A DNA stretch of 64,000 nt from the human T2T-CHM13v2.0 reference genome, Homo sapiens, in assembly GCF_009914755.1 (NCBI RefSeq), contig NC_060928.1, one strand, 5' to 3'. Position numbers and translations under genes: made by a program. The notes beneath the pieces were generated by a model, which saw only the letters and a list, made by a program, of their open reading frames with translations, did not search any database and was not told the DNA's origin. This document shows, piece by piece, positions 11,752 through 26,958 of this stretch (position 1 is its first letter; each line of letters opens with the position of its first letter).

Positions 11752-14700
11752 TTACATCTATGATATTGATGTGTTAATAAGGTGTTTTAGCATTGATTAG
11801 CAACTTTTTTTTCTTTAAAGAGGTACATAAAATGTGCGTCTTGCAAGTAATGCTGTCTTAGTTCCAAAAATATATTTTAGATAAGAAATACAGGAATCTG
11901 AAAAATCCATAGGGGTGATTTATTAATTCATGTATCATTGCCTTCAGATCTTGTCCATATAAAGAATTGTGAACAGCCTCCATTTCTCATTATACATCCT
12001 TAATAGAATCATGTTTGCTTTTTTGTTTTATTTTCAAAGGTAAAATATGTATCATCCTCAGTATACCGCTAACTATAATACTCATATTTCTTTACATGCA
12101 TACATGAATTATATGGCAAACTTTATTGTTTTATGCCTATAGATGCATTTATATATGTAGATTTTGTCCAATCCCTACTTACTATGATCTTCACTATTCT
12201 CACATATAAGATACTACACTTGAGAGAAGCTTTGATTACTAAGAATTACATTACTCATAGTCTACATTTTTATACCCCTGTGAAACTAGAAGAAGCCAGC
12301 TTCAACCATCCCTTAGAATGATTGTCTCCAAAGTCTACTTCCAGTTCAGTCCTCTTTCCTGATGTGCACATACATGTATTTCATGGCCTGCTAGCAATTT
12401 TATCGGATGTCAATTATATGCATCAGATTTAACAGATCCAAGATTAACTTTATTCTTCCTGCCCATAACTTTGTTTTTGCTTCATATTTATTTCCTCTTT
12501 TGTGAATAGCACCAACATCAGTGCTGACTTCAAAATTTGAAACCAGGTGTCACTAGTTTTAACGGATTCTACTTTTTACCTGTTCTTAATTCTCACATTT
12601 CTTTTTATAATTTTTGTTTTAGTCTTTATTCAGGCCATCGTTTTCCTCTAACTAACTTTATGTGATCCAGTTGGTCTTTTACGGCCCTTGGTCTGGCATC
12701 AGTGTCCATTAGTGCCATCTTTGTTGTTTTTTGTTTTGTTTTGTTTCTTCCTCTCATTCTTCATACAGAACTCAGAGCCCCTCTCAGATTTTATCTTTTA
12801 ACCCACTCTATAAAAACTTTCTATCATATAAACACTTTCATGATTAGTATTTATTTCATTTTAGATTTTGGAGTGATAGGGAGGAATCACCTGGTGCAGG
12901 TAAGAGCACAGCAGTTGAAAATGCATGAAGGAGAGAGAGAGAGAGAGAGGAAGAGAGAGACAGAGAGTATTCAAGAGTTTCATTTTGTTATCTCTTCTGG
13001 ACTTTACTCAGTTTCTTCCTTGTAGCCATGTTCTTTTCCAAATTTTGAGCACTTTGAATTCTTGCTTTTCTTAATTCAAGCAATGTACATCTATAGTCAA
13101 CTTTCAGAGCTAAGTGTAGACTGACTCAATGAGCCCAAAGGCACAGTCTCCGCCATCAAAAATAGCTTAGCAGAGAATTTTCTCAACAAAAGCAGGTCTT
13201 TCCCAAATGGATTTTCATAACAGCTGCCAGAGTAATAATCTAGCCTCTATCTCCAGTTTGACCTCTTATCATCCATTCTCTGTATTGTCCACAAGGTGTG
13301 CTGACCCACCAAACTGATCTTGATCATTAACCTATTTAAAAGTCAATATTACCCATTACTTTCATTATAAAATCTGATTTTGTTGGCAGAGCTTACAAAG
13401 TTCTCAAGCTTCAACACCACCACTTTTTCTACACACTAAACTTGACTTCCAGCAAATATTTATTGAAGATTTACTGTAGGCCCTAGGATTCTAGTAACAA
13501 ATAAAGCTGTGCAGCATACAGTCTAATGGAAGATTCTATTTTTTTTAAAAAAAAAACGTTAATGAAGAAAAGAGCAGTATGCAGGACATAGCAGTTTTGG
13601 TGGTAAGAAAAGACATCCTAGAGAAGTGACGTTTTTCCATGAAGGATAAGTGGGTATTGATAAAGTGGCATGGTGCCAGAGATGGTTTAGAAACTTGGAA
13701 CTCTTCGTGGAAAGTGCGATACATGGTAGGACTTCACAGAGGCCCAACATTCCTTGGCAGAGTAGGGAGTCAGTGGCATCAGATGAATGACGAATGCAGC
13801 ACATTCTTTCTCATCTATAAAATATTTCAAGTGCTGATTTCTTACCCTGAAATGATCTCTCTTCATTTACAGTTATATCACTATTCAACTAACAAAATAG
13901 AGCTGATACTCATTGATTTATTTGAAGTATTAATATTTGTCCATGAGGAAGAAAGTATAATACTAGGCAATGATGATCAGGGCTAAAATAATGTATTATA
14001 TTCAGGGGAAAGAGATATTTCTGTGGGCCGCATTAGGTGGGATAGGCCTTAGAAGGGGTTGTACTTGAACTATAGTTTAATAAATTGCAATAGAGGTTGG
14101 GGGAGTGGTGACATATTTTATGAGCAGGAATCAATATAGGGAAAAGACTGAAGGAAAAATTCCCCAAGTGTAGCTGAAAAACAATAGAAGGTGGTACCAA
14201 CCTTTAAAAGCCGAGATTTCTTAGGAATCATGTATAAAAATTTAAATTTCATAATTCTTTGTCTGTTTTTTCTTAAATAGAAACAAAATACAGCTTTGTT
14301 TATAACTTGTGATATGAAATAAAATACTGAGTATGTAAATATTTGAATAATTAAAGAGTTTGTTCTTCACAATTATATGACTCTATTCTCTATATCAGTA
14401 AAAGCCATCATCAAGTTATTAAACAGAAGTGATAGCTCTATGAATTGGGAGCTGGCAATATGCTTTTCTAAATAATGCTCTACTTTATTTCTACTAGAAT
14501 AGGCTTCAAGTTGTTCTGAACCATTTTCTCAATGAAAATACTGAACAAAACTTCTAGATGATTCTTCTAAAAAGTCTTTAAAAATGTGTGTTTATAGGAT
14601 AAGAAAATGATATATCTGCAGGAAATGAAAATAAATGTTAAATAGGAATCCTTAAAAGTAAATACTTATCAAAGACAGCTTCCTTTCTAACCAGATAGTA

Positions 14701-15959
14701 GCCAATTTATAAACGTTTAGAGACAATTTTGTGTGTCTAATAGCCAAAACTGTATTCATGTGTTTTTCCCTAGTGGAAACTAATATAGATAGTTTTCCTA
14801 GCTCAGTCACTTAGTTCTTCCAGGAATTTTTGGTTTGATTTGTAACTAACATTGGAGAATTCGGACAAAAATTATTAAATTATGTTAAAAAATAATAGTT
14901 TAGGAAAAGAAGAGACATTAGATATATTTCTTGTCTTACACTCTTTATATGAGGAAATTAAAATCATGTTACTGATGGTACATCACTAAGTACCATCTAA
15001 CTGGCAAATAACAGAATATAAAATGGAAGGATTTGAAGGAATCTTTTGTTTATATGTTTTTAAAAAATTAATAAATATTATAAATATAAAAATTAGTAAA
15101 AGCTTTGTTAAGTGATTATGACTAAAAGTAATATACTACAAGGCCCTTCTATGGCACTGTTTAAGAAATTTGTCATTCACTATCTAATTGTTGTTGTCAA
15201 AAGCTATAGTGATTATTTTCATGAAACATCATGGAACAATCAGTGGAAAGAAGAGTACAGTTTTAATGTAGTTTTATGCAAGCGTATTTCTTTAGCACCT
15301 CTATGATCTTTAGAGAATATGCACATGATCAAATGTAGATCTAAAATTCCACGTGTATTTTAAATTTTATTTTAATTATATTCAGTAATATATATTTATA
15401 TGTGCTAATTTTGAACTTAAAGGCATGATGAAATTTTTATTCTAGAATAAAGCAAAACTATACTCTTAATGATTAGAATGCAATGTTATTCAGCCCTATT
15501 TTGTAATCTAGCTTTTATTATAGCCATCAGGAACAGAAACTCATTTCTGTAAGCAGCATACCTATGGTTTTGTTATATTAGCTGGATCTTTTATTATTGA
15601 TGGGTCCTGCTTGACACATTTTGTAGATAATATGCCCATAGGTTCTGAATCAAACAAGTGTTATAGATTGATGTGCTAATCTAAGTTTTATCTTTTCTTT
15701 TTCTATTTTCAGTAGTCCTCAGGAAACCAATATATCTGCTAAAAGTATAAAAGCTTTAGCCTATTATGAAAAATGCAGATTTGTTTTATTATGCAGAATT
15801 TTAAAGCTGAATCTGTCCTTTTTATTTTCCTCCTTCTACATTACCATCTTTCCCTGACCTTTCTCTTTTTCCCTCTCCAACAACATCAACAAAAAGAAAG
15901 AAAGAAAGAAATACTTTGATGCATTTAATAAGTAACAGAATTCTGTAGGAAAATACATA

Positions 15960-16384
15960 CAGTTAGACCTTGAACTACTCAGGGTTGCCAAACCCCCATG
16001 CAGCTAGAAATCCATGTATAACTTCTGACTCCCCCAAAACTTAACTCTTAATAGCCTGTTGTTGATTGGAAGATTAATGATAACATGAACAGTCAACTAA
16101 CATGTATTTGGTATGTTAAGTGTATTATATGCTGTATTCTTATAATAAAGTAGGATAGAGAAAATAAAATGTTAAAGACAATTAAAAGGAAGATAAAATG
16201 TATTTAATATTCATTAAGTAGAAGTGGATCATCATAAAAGTCTTTGTTCTTTCATCTCCATATTCAGTAGGCCAAGGAGGAGAAGGAAGAGAAGGGATTG
16301 TTCTTGCTGTCTTATTGGGTGCAAGAAATTTCTCTTATAAGTGAAACCACGCAGCTGAAACCCCTGTTGTTCCAGAGTGAACTG
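15960..16384. mobile_element. Tigger2-family (Tigger2a/MER28-like) non-autonomous DNA transposon
   Basis: TA-flanked TIRs cagttagaccttgaac...gttccagagtgaactg. Confidence 0.78.
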
Positions 16385-16429
16385 TATTTATTTTTGATAA
16401 AGTAAAATATTAAGTAAACATTATGAACA

Positions 16430-16800
16430 TCAGAATGTCTAAATTGGCAAGATTATCAAAAACAAGGAAAGTCTGAGAAACTGTCACAGCCAAGAGGAGC
16501 CTAAGGAGATATGACAACTGAATATAATGTGGTATACTGGCTGACATCCTGGAATAGCAGAGGGATATTAGGTAAAAACTTTGGAAGTCTGAACAAAATA
16601 TGACCTTTAGTTAATAATAATGTGTCAGTATTTTTGTTCTTTGAAACAAATGTATCACACTATTGCAAGATGTTAATATGGTAACATTTGTGTATTTGTG
16701 TGTGTTGGGGGGTATTATATAGGAACCGTCAGTACTATCAGCTCGCTTATTTTGTAAATTCAAAGTAGTTTTAAAAAAATAAAGTCTATTAATGTAAAGA
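16430..16800 (+). mobile_element. Old L1M (L1MC/MD-like) 3' UTR fragment
   Basis: aaacaaggaaagtctgagaaactgtcacagccaagaggagcctaaggagatatgacaact. Confidence 0.7.
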
Positions 16801-19800
16801 AAATAATAATGCTTAAAAATTATTTGCTTAGTGTTCACTTTCAAAATTAGGGTCAAATGTGAAGTATTGATGAAAAAAAGATGTAGCCACATTGCCATTG
16901 TAGAAGTCCTCACATTATTGTAACGACACAGAGCCATTGGTTATATAAAAAGCTGTTTGGATGGCACAGTCTGTTGGCAATCCATCAGAAGATAGTCATT
17001 TGAATTAGTAAACTATCTGCACATGTGAAATTTGAGGAATTTCCGCATGTAATGTTTATAAGCATGCATAATATGAAATTTAAAGGATTAAGGGTGTAAG
17101 TCTTTACAATTCAGGAAAACCTACTATTATAGCTTATTTATTTTATTTCCAAGCATTATAGAACAATATAGGAAAAGAGTTTGTGATAGCAACTGGCATT
17201 TGAAAAATATTGTCAGAAAACTGTAAATTGTTACAAACTGAACTTGGTGACAGTGTTACGGACAAGAATTAGTTGAGACTATATTTTAAGTGACATAAGC
17301 AGACAAAGACTTATAGTTCAGAAAATATAGAGTGGACAATTATTCTGACCATAAAAATCAACAATATATCATGTTGATAAAGATTATGTGGCTTGTCAAA
17401 ATTTAAGTAACAAGATTTTCCTTAGTCTGGTAAATGTATAATTTGAATGGTTTGTATATTCGTTTTCCATTTTCAATTGTTTAGTTAGAGTGAAGGTAGT
17501 AGAGATTGGGATAAATAAATTTCATCATTTTAAAAATTTTGTTTCATATTTCACATAATTTCAGCAGACACTATGTGTTGAGGAAAGATCTTTACTAAGT
17601 CTCACATATAATTCTTAAAATGAAACAAACCTGATGTTCGTAGAATATACAGGTAGACTTTAAGTCCGCTCAAAAATCTAACTCTACTCTCCAGTGAAGT
17701 AAATGAACAAACAGAGGAAGAAATACCTAGTACACTCTCAAAGAGGCTTTCAATTGCATTTTCTTCTTTGTATAAATTGATGACATTACAGTTACAATTT
17801 GTACTTATTTTATCCAATAACTGAATTTTTGATAAGTTATGCAAGTGAATATTTATGTATCATGTTATAGCTAACATTTGAATTTCTATTTCAGATTTAT
17901 TCTCACTAAGGAATAACATCTTTCCAACTACACTAAAAAGTGAAATGTAAAAAGAGGGCAAAACTCACTGTGACAATGTCAAAATTCATTTTCAAGGAGA
18001 TTTCAGTCTTTGTAAATGTGGAGTCAGTATGCATTGAAATTTCCAATACAAGCTCTGAGTGAAATTCATTAAAAGGGAAATCAATCCATATTGTCTTAGT
18101 ACTCTTTAAAGCATATGTAAAATAAAATATATTGCATAGCGAATTCTAATTTTATTGACACTTCTTACTGCCTCTCAGGGATTTAAATGTTTAAATATTT
18201 TAGCAGCCACACTGGTTAATGTTTCAGGAATGTCAGTGCTTCAAAAGTATAACAAAACTTTACTGCTGTGAAAACCATACAGCAAACTTTTTTTCAAGTT
18301 TTTTTTCTAATAGGAAAATATGTGGGTTCTGCTAGTAAATAATCTCACTTTTGTAAAAGAAAAGATAGAAAAAAGTTGACAACAGATTGCAAGTAGAAAT
18401 AACAAAATAGGACTAATGAAATTTGTTTTAATTTTAGGGAATTATATTTATGGACTGTTAACTATCTTTCTGTAATGCTGGCTTAAAAAGGCATATGCTC
18501 AAATTTTAATAATTTAAATTTTTAGTAGGGGAGTGATTGGTGATGTTTGGTGTAACATTTTTAAAATGAAGAACAGAACCCTTTGAGCTAATTTTTCTCA
18601 TGCTGAACACAAATTTTTTAAAAGGTAAATGGATGGCCTGTTTTTAGTTTCACAGGAGCCTGGTTTTGTTAAGGTGATTGAAAGATTCATGTTTCATTTT
18701 AGATCCTCACTTGGCCCAAAGGAAGTAATGTTTGTTAATATAAGTTAATATGGCTCTATCTTTATTTAGACAGATATAATGGAGGAATGTTAATTTAAAG
18801 GTGGAGACAAAGAGCACTGTCATTACAACATAGAAACACAGATCTCCTAACAGCTCAGTATGGAGAAAAGTTAGCCTTTACTTGAAATCTCAGCTGTTAG
18901 TGAAGTTAAAGTTATATTGTGTTGTCTAGCTCTGTAGAGGAATTAGTATGGCTAGAAAGAGTGTGTAAAATAAAGCCACATGATTCATCTTTAGAATACC
19001 TTTTATAAATCCAGGAAAATTCCACAAATGCCTGCCTTTTATAAGAATAGTACACCAGAGAGTCTTAGTGTGGGGAAAGTCTCCTGTTACTGATAGTTCA
19101 AGAAATAATAAAGTAATGAAGTCCTATGTCAGCTTCCTACTCACTGTTTCTTACGATGCTTATTGTTTTAAAACCCAGCAATTTTACAACTAAATGGAGA
19201 TAAAATTTAGAAATCTTTCTGTAGCTAGGAGAGTGTGTAAGAAATAAAATAGTATTGACTTGTTGCTTTTTATTAGTGTAGCCCTAACGTTCACTCAGTA
19301 TTTGTATATCTTCCAACTTAATTTCATGTAGCATTGTTGGGTTAGGGGATGCCCCTGTATCAGCACTTATCCTCTAGTTGAAATAAAGAGCATATGCTCT
19401 TTAAAGAGTAACTTTAATAAATCGGTAGTGAATGTTTATGGCTGACAAATGACCATTCCCACCTCCTCAAATTTGCATTTGTCATCAGTCCTTCCACTAG
19501 CCTTGGACAGCTGAATACAGTTGTTCTCCCATTTGGTCCTCTGTCCATGGACACTAATGCTGGCAAACTCTGGATTTCTTGGAATATGTCACTGGTCATT
19601 GGTGACTCTGCTGCACGGCAGTCCACCTTCTTTAATTTTTAACCCCCTAGATCTCCCCATGGGTCTAGAAATCTTGGGTAGTGCCAGAGAATAAATGTGT
19701 TCTGGCACATAGTCCTGAAAAATACTGTTTTGAAAGGATCAATAAATAAAATTTGAGTTATTACATGATAGAGTCATTATGCAAAGTCTTAGTAACTATA

Positions 19801-20119
19801 ACCTTAAAAATAATGACATAATACTTATGGTAGTAATCTTCTTATTTCATAAAATAAAGTCTTAATCAGAGGCAGTTGTCAAAAAAATTTGCTATTTGTT
19901 GTTCAAAAAAATGAGAGATGGGCTTAGCTTTTGCTGTGCAGTCACCTGCATGTATGGTTTTCTGTCTGGGATAAATGAATCAGGCTCTTATGTCAGCCAC
20001 AACTCTTTGTGAACTCCAGTTCTGACACTAACTTTGTGAACATAACTAGTTACTTAACGACATTGTAATGTTTTTTCTTTTCAGTACAATGTTCATAACA
20101 CATGCCTGAATCATAAAAT

Positions 20120-20380
20120 ATTTCTTCTTTTCTTCTTCCTCCACCTTCTTGTTCTTCTTCCCCTTGCTCCCTCCCTTCTTCCTTCCTTCCTTCCTTCTTT
20201 CCTCTCTCTCTCTCTTTCTTTCTTTCTTTCTCTCTTTCTTTATTTTCTTTTCTTCTGTTTGGAGACTGGGTGTTACTGTGTTGCCCAGGCTGGCCTGAAA
20301 ATCCCACAATCAATCAATCCTCCCCACTCAGTCTCCCCAGTAGCTGAGACTATGGGTATGTGTCACCCTGCTGGGCTTAA
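20120..20380 (-). mobile_element. Alu monomer (FLAM-like) with an expanded CT-rich tail
   Basis: gtgttgcccaggctggcctg...cagtagctgagactatggg preceded by (cttc)/(ct)/(cttt) repeats. Confidence 0.75.
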
Positions 20381-20449
20381 ATAATAAGACAGTTCTAAGC
20401 ATTATTTTCAACAATGAACATTAAAAACCAAGACATTCAGCATTGAGTA

Positions 20450-20960
20450 AATACTAGTTGTTACTCCTTCCTCGAATTCTTAATTTGATTTCTGGGGAAG
20501 TATATTCTTCTGTTTTTCTGCCTTCCTCAAAATCTCCCTACCTAGGTACCTCCCATCTCCACGTTTGGTATGTTTTAAAGCTCAGTTCTTAGACTTTCTT
20601 CCTACTTTGCTTATACCTACAACTTTGATAGTTTCATCAAATCTCCTAGCTTTAAGTGGTGGTAAATCACAAAGCCTCTAAGTTTCTATCTTTATCCCAT
20701 AAATTTCCCCTGCACTGCAGACATATATGTATATTAACTATCTACTTGAGATCTTCACATGGATGTTTACGAGGCCTCTGAAACATGTCCCAAACCAAAC
20801 TCCTGATTTTTGTGCATTAGCGCCCCACATTTTGCTCTTTCCATTATAATTAATCTCAACAACTATTAAGTCTATTCTTTCAGTTGCTAAGTGTTCGGGC
20901 CACCCTTGACTCCTCCTTTTTAAGTTTTACATGTTCTAATATCTTGATAAATTCTACAGG
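20450..20960. mobile_element. L2 relic
   Basis: tatctacttgagatcttcacatggatgt...aacatgtcccaaaccaaactcctgat resembles L2. Confidence 0.6.
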
Positions 20961-21039
20961 CCCTTGTAATAGGGATAAAATTGCTCATTATTGACTAATC
21001 TACCAAGGGGATTGAATGACAATTATTAATTTCTTAGAC

Positions 21040-21142
21040 CTATAGTTCTTAAAGTATGGTCAAGGGACTCTTAAGAGTCCCCAAGACCATTTCTAGGAAT
21101 TCATGATGTCAAAACTATTTTCATAATGATACCAAGATATTA
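21040..21142. mobile_element. hAT-Charlie1-like terminal fragment
   Basis: gttcttaaagtatggtc...gtcaaaactattttcataatgatac. Confidence 0.55.
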
Positions 21143-22069
21143 AAAACCCTAATGTTTCCTTGTCTTTAGCATGATAATGACAGCAGTACCATCAAATCTT
21201 AGCATAGTGACTCACACCGAGTATACATTAAAATGTGGACTACACAGCAAGTTAGGTAGCCTGATTTACAAAGTCAGGCTCTTTACTATAATGCTATAGT
21301 CTATCAAAAAATAAAATATAGCAATTTATTTAAAAATCTGCTTAATGTGGAACCTTTGATGGTTTTCTATCTTTTCTTCTAATAATATCATAATTTAAAT
21401 CTTTTGCATAAAATTGCACCCTAATTTCTTAGGACAGCACATATAATGGTATTTTTGAATGAATGGATGTTCATAATTTTGATTTCCTGGAGATATATAT
21501 ATATATATATGCAAATTGTAAGACAAGAGGTTTAAATAAAATTATAGGCCAATAGCTGCATATGACAGGAACTATTTTACCATATTCTCTTTAGGATTGT
21601 TATCATCTTTAAGTTTTTAATATTTTTATAGTTTAAAAGATTATATATTATTCGAAGTTACAACTTTTTCCCCACAATTATGGTTGAAGGTTTTTTGTTT
21701 CTCTTTGTCAGTTTTCTCTTTTGAATTTTATTTGTCTTTTATATCTGTCATATTGTCCTTAACAGAATTCTAGTTTATCCCTAGTGATAACAGATTATGC
21801 ATGAGCTTTTTCATTTATTTCTCTTCATATCCATTTTTTCCTTTTAAGTTAAGCAAAAATAATTTTTGATATTTTATTTTCAGATGAAAAATGTATTGTA
21901 AATGGTTAGATAAGAAAATAGAACAATTTACTAGTAGCCCCTCATATTTAAATAATTCTACCCTGCCCTGTTTTAAAATGGCAAGCTGAATTTTTAACCC
22001 TTTTCTACCTGTATGTATTCTTAGACATAGGGAAATGTGGCCATCATTTTTTCCAGGCTTATAGCCTCA

Positions 22070-22460
22070 CATGGTGGTAAAATTTATTGGGAGCCACAAC
22101 AATTACTAAAACCCAGCAGAACTGAAGAACTTCAAAAATATAACATTTGACTTTAGTTTTAAATGATAAGAAGCAGTTTGTTGAGCTGAGAAGGAAATGA
22201 AGCACCATATTAAAGGCAGAGAGAACAGCTTGGGTAAAAAGCAGAAACATAAAAGACCAGAGGGTATTTGGGATACAGCAAGCAGTTTGGTGTGATGAGA
22301 AAGGAAGATGGGAGATGAGCCTGTGAAGCTAGTGGTGGCTGATTTGAGGAACCTTGCATTCAATACTAGAGAGTTTTTGCTTTATCTTATTAGTAGTTGG
22401 GGATTTGGTAAAGATTTTCTATGTAGGGACAGACTATGATCAAACTTGTAGTTTGAAGGC
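22070..22460. mobile_element. L2 relic
   Basis: ttaaaggcagagagaacagc...gagtttttgctttatctt...ggtaaagattttct. Confidence 0.5.
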
Positions 22461-24334
22461 ATTCATAAAATTTTAGCAGCGTTTAGATTATTTTACTTGT
22501 TAAATCCTTTTCCCCACTTCTTTTCGTCTTGTCATTTTCATATCGGACAACAATGTGGTTGGTATTGGCCTCTGCGTGAATGTAAATGGTACCTAGGGAG
22601 CCTCCAGCCATGTCAGGATCATGAGCTTTCTCACTGCTTCTTCTTCTTTGTTTTGATTTTGTTCTTTTAATACAAGCAAAAGTAATTTTTGACCTTTGAT
22701 TTTAATATGATAACACATTAAAAACAAGCAAATAGTACAGTTTCCTCAGCTTTACTAACTCAGATTTCATTACTATAAAAAGACAAGGAAAATAATAAAT
22801 ATATATGCGTGAAGAATAGGAAGAAAGCTAAATGTATTAATGTTTTTGTCAGAAAATTTTCTGCAGACTTTTTAAAGCTTCTGTTTATTGAATAATAGCT
22901 TAAATAAAGATGTTAAAAATATTTGTAAATATTTCATATTGATATTGGGCCATTCAATTCAAAATTAATTTACTTCTTAGTAAAATAAAAATAAAAGAAA
23001 CAGAAGCCCTGTTTCTCCTAGAGAGGGATCTCATCTCTTAAAATATAGATCCTATGATTATCATGTACTGAGGAAGAAACTAAATGAATTAACTCCAATA
23101 TTGTGCTCCTTCTATTGATAAATTCTGTGGAATGTTTATCTCTTGAGTAAAAGAATAATAGAGTAATAGCATTATAATATTCTCGTAACTTACCACTAGG
23201 CTAGTAAAAATTATTCCTTTGGCCTTAATTAAGTTTGAATCTCTGTAAGAGGTTGGGAGACATTTAGTGATGGCAAATTAACAGTGTTTTACTTGTGCTG
23301 ATTTATGTATACCATTAATGTGGCAGTATTTTAATTTAACTGTTCTTCACCTAAGCTGTGTAATACATGACTGCCTCAGGTAATGATACGTAAAATTTCA
23401 ATGAGTATTAAGGTTTATTCCAGGGCAGCAGATAATAGAGACTAGTATGTTTGAAGTATTTCTTGTTGGTGAATACTTCAAAAAAATCTTAGATTTTTTT
23501 TTTCAATCTATATATGTTAGATATTAAATTGTTTATGGACTATAAACCAATCAAACACAAGGGCTATTTTAATTTTTACCTTGCTTAATTTTAACTGCTT
23601 TATTTCATTTAAATGGCGTATAATGTTCCCAACTTGTTTAAGTCAAAATGCAAAAATGTTAATATTCATGATATTATAAATTACTAGAAAATTATGTTTC
23701 ACTTACATATAAGATAGCTTGACACAGATAAAAATTAAACTTGAATTAAAGCACATAACAGAAAAAATAATAGCAATCTTTACAAATTAGGGTTGTGTTT
23801 TTACTTAGGTATACTAGCATAATCAGTTATATTTAAGTGAGAGATCATGTCTTGATTAATGGTGTTATTAATCATGAATAAGCAAATATGTCTTTTTCTG
23901 GAACTTAATTTGGGTTGTCTTTTAAGAAAATCTAACAAACAAAATTCTAAATAAAATTTAGATGCTTATAAATTTGTTGTGTGAACTTTCAGCAGAAAAC
24001 TAAGTTCAACTCAAAATAGAAAACAGAACTGTACACAGCTTAGCAGTGATGTAAATATTGTGAATGCAAGGTGCAAGGCACATTTGAAAATACCGCTTGT
24101 ATTTCAAACCTCAAAGCAGAGCAATAATAAAAGCTTACAGCTAGAAGGAAATTAAAAATCATCTAAATTTTAGTTTTCAGTGTATTAAGTGAAGAAATTG
24201 AGACTTAAAGTTATATAAGCAGTTAAACTCAGATATGTTTATAAGAATCCGATTTTCTTTTAGTCTACTATGTTTATATCACAAAAAATTGATTCATCTG
24301 ACACAATTATATACACATCTATAGAATGATGTAA

Positions 24335-24743
<409 letters not shown>

Positions 24744-24851
24744 GAGAATATTATTTCATAAAGATGAATACCCTTAAAATTAGAAACAGGAAGAGAAACA
24801 AGTACTCATTTTTATTTTATGTTAGATTTGAAGATTTAATTTATAATTAAA

Positions 24852-24930
24852 ACACACACGCACACATGCACACATACGCACACATGCACACATGCGCGCG
24901 CACACACACACATATATATATACACACAGA
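24852..24930. repeat. Compound (CA)/(CG)/(TA) microsatellite
   Basis: acacacacgcacacatgcacacatacgc...atatatatatacacac. Confidence 0.9.
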
Positions 24931-25544
24931 TATAGGTGTTTTAGTGTACATATATAATCTATAGTGAACAATATATTTTTATTTAGATACATGTTTTTAT
25001 CTTTTGAGTGATAATTGTCATTGCTAAATGTAGACAGAGATAATATGATGAGATAGGAATACAAATAGTGGAAGCAAAAAACTTAAATTTAGATTTCCCT
25101 TTTTACTTACTAGTTGGATGTCTTTAAAAATTGATTAATATCTCTGAATCCATTTTGCTTTCTTTTCTGTATAATGAGGATAAGAAAACAAAATTTCCTG
25201 GTTTTGGGAAGGTTCCAGATAATGCATATAATGTGGTCAGCATAGTCATTTCATGTTGTTTGGTTGGTACCTACCAGAACATACCAGAACATAGCAGAGA
25301 GACATCCCAGAACACTGAGGCAAGCAACCTCTTCATTTGTATCTCATCATAGTAGTTCCAATGTACTAATATGATTCAAACCTGAAAAATTATGATATAC
25401 TGACTACTTGGGTACATAATTACTAGAAATGAAATTATATTAATAATATTAGTATACATGAAATGATCCTTGAGAACTGAATAGCCAGAGGTGATTTCAT
25501 GTTTATTCTTTTTGGCTAATTATGATCTGAGTTTTTATCAACAA

Positions 25545-25760
25545 TAGTTAAAAATATGGACTTTGAGATAAGAGAGGCTTGGTTTAAAGTGCTGGGTTTA
25601 CCACTTAGTAGCTGTGTGAACATTTTATCTACATCTCCACAGTTCTGTAAAATGCAATAATAATAATATTTTTCTGATAAAGTTATTGTGAAATTAAAGA
25701 AATAGCACATTGAAAAAGCTTATTGCTATACTTGATACAGAAAAGTCAATACATTTCAGG
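25545..25760. mobile_element. MIR relic
   Basis: ggactttgagataag...ccacttagtagctgtgtga...ctgtaaaatgcaataataat. Confidence 0.6.
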
Positions 25761-26397
25761 TGTTATATCATTGATGTTATTACTAAGGCAGTGGCATTTT
25801 TTGTTTCTCTTAAGAAACCAGACTTGATCTTTGCACAACTTTAGAAGTATAAATCTTATGGTTAACAATATAGATAGCAATGCTTTTGGGGCAAGATATA
25901 TAAATTAAGAGATTCATTGCTATTAATAGGGTAAAACAATTAATGGAGTAATTTTATTTTAAGGGTCATCACATTTTGACTAAGATCCTTTCAAAGGCTA
26001 ATTCATTCATTATTTTATAGTTTCACTTGTGTTCTTATGCTGCCAAATATTGGTGAATTTCTGTATACTATAAGAGAACAGGATTATAAATAACATTGTT
26101 AAGGTGATTTACCAAAAAAACAAAACAAAACAAAACCTGATTAGTACTATAGTAGGGCAATAATGAAAAGAGACAAATTTAGAAAAAGTAAAGGAAATGC
26201 TAAATCATGCACTTAGACAACATACTTGTGAAACTGTTTTACTGACATAATCATAAAGTCTAATCTAAAAAATGTAGATACATACATACACAAAGATTTA
26301 TTGAAGGAAAACAGGATATGTCATGGTAGATCAGCATCCTTGACATTAATCAAAACTGATGATGTCATTAAAGAATTTATAGATTCTTTTGATATCT

Positions 26398-26437
<40 letters not shown>
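26398..26437. repeat. (TCTA)n tetranucleotide microsatellite, ~10 units
   Basis: Read directly. Confidence 0.95.
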
Positions 26438-26638
26438 CTTTCTGTCAGAGAACTTGATTGCCCTTTGATTCTGAATCATTAGAAAAATTACATTCTTATT
26501 TGGCACAGTGCAGATAGTGAAATAATTAATTGATCTATATAAGCATATTGGAAATGAGAAACAGCACTTTTTATACTATTTGTGATTTTTTAAAACTGGC
26601 ATGCTATTATGCTATTATTCATTTTTTTAAAAAGCCTT

Positions 26639-26958
26639 GGCTGGGCACGGTGGCTCACACCTGTAATCCCAGCACTTTGGGAGGCTGAGGCAGGTAGATC
26701 ACGAGGTCAGGAGTTTGAGACAGGCTTGACCAAGATGGTGAAACCCCGTCACTAATAAAAAATACGAAAATTAGTCAGTCGTGGGCACCTGTGGTCCCAG
26801 CTACTCGGGAGTGCTGAGGCAGGAGAGTCACTGGAGCCCGGGAGGCGGAGGTTGTAGTGAGCTGAGATCACACCACTGCACTCTAGCCCGTGCGACAGAG
26901 CAAGATTCCTTCTCCAAAAGGAAAACAAAACAAAACAAAAACAAACAAACAAAAAAAA
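26639..26958 (+). mobile_element. AluS (Sg-like)
   Basis: Full dimer with (caaaa)n tail. Confidence 0.9.

Noticed and set aside
20046-20313. K/E/R-rich ORFs resembling coiled-coil exons
   Set aside because: They are translations of a CT-rich simple repeat in an Alu tail, on the strand opposite the host gene.
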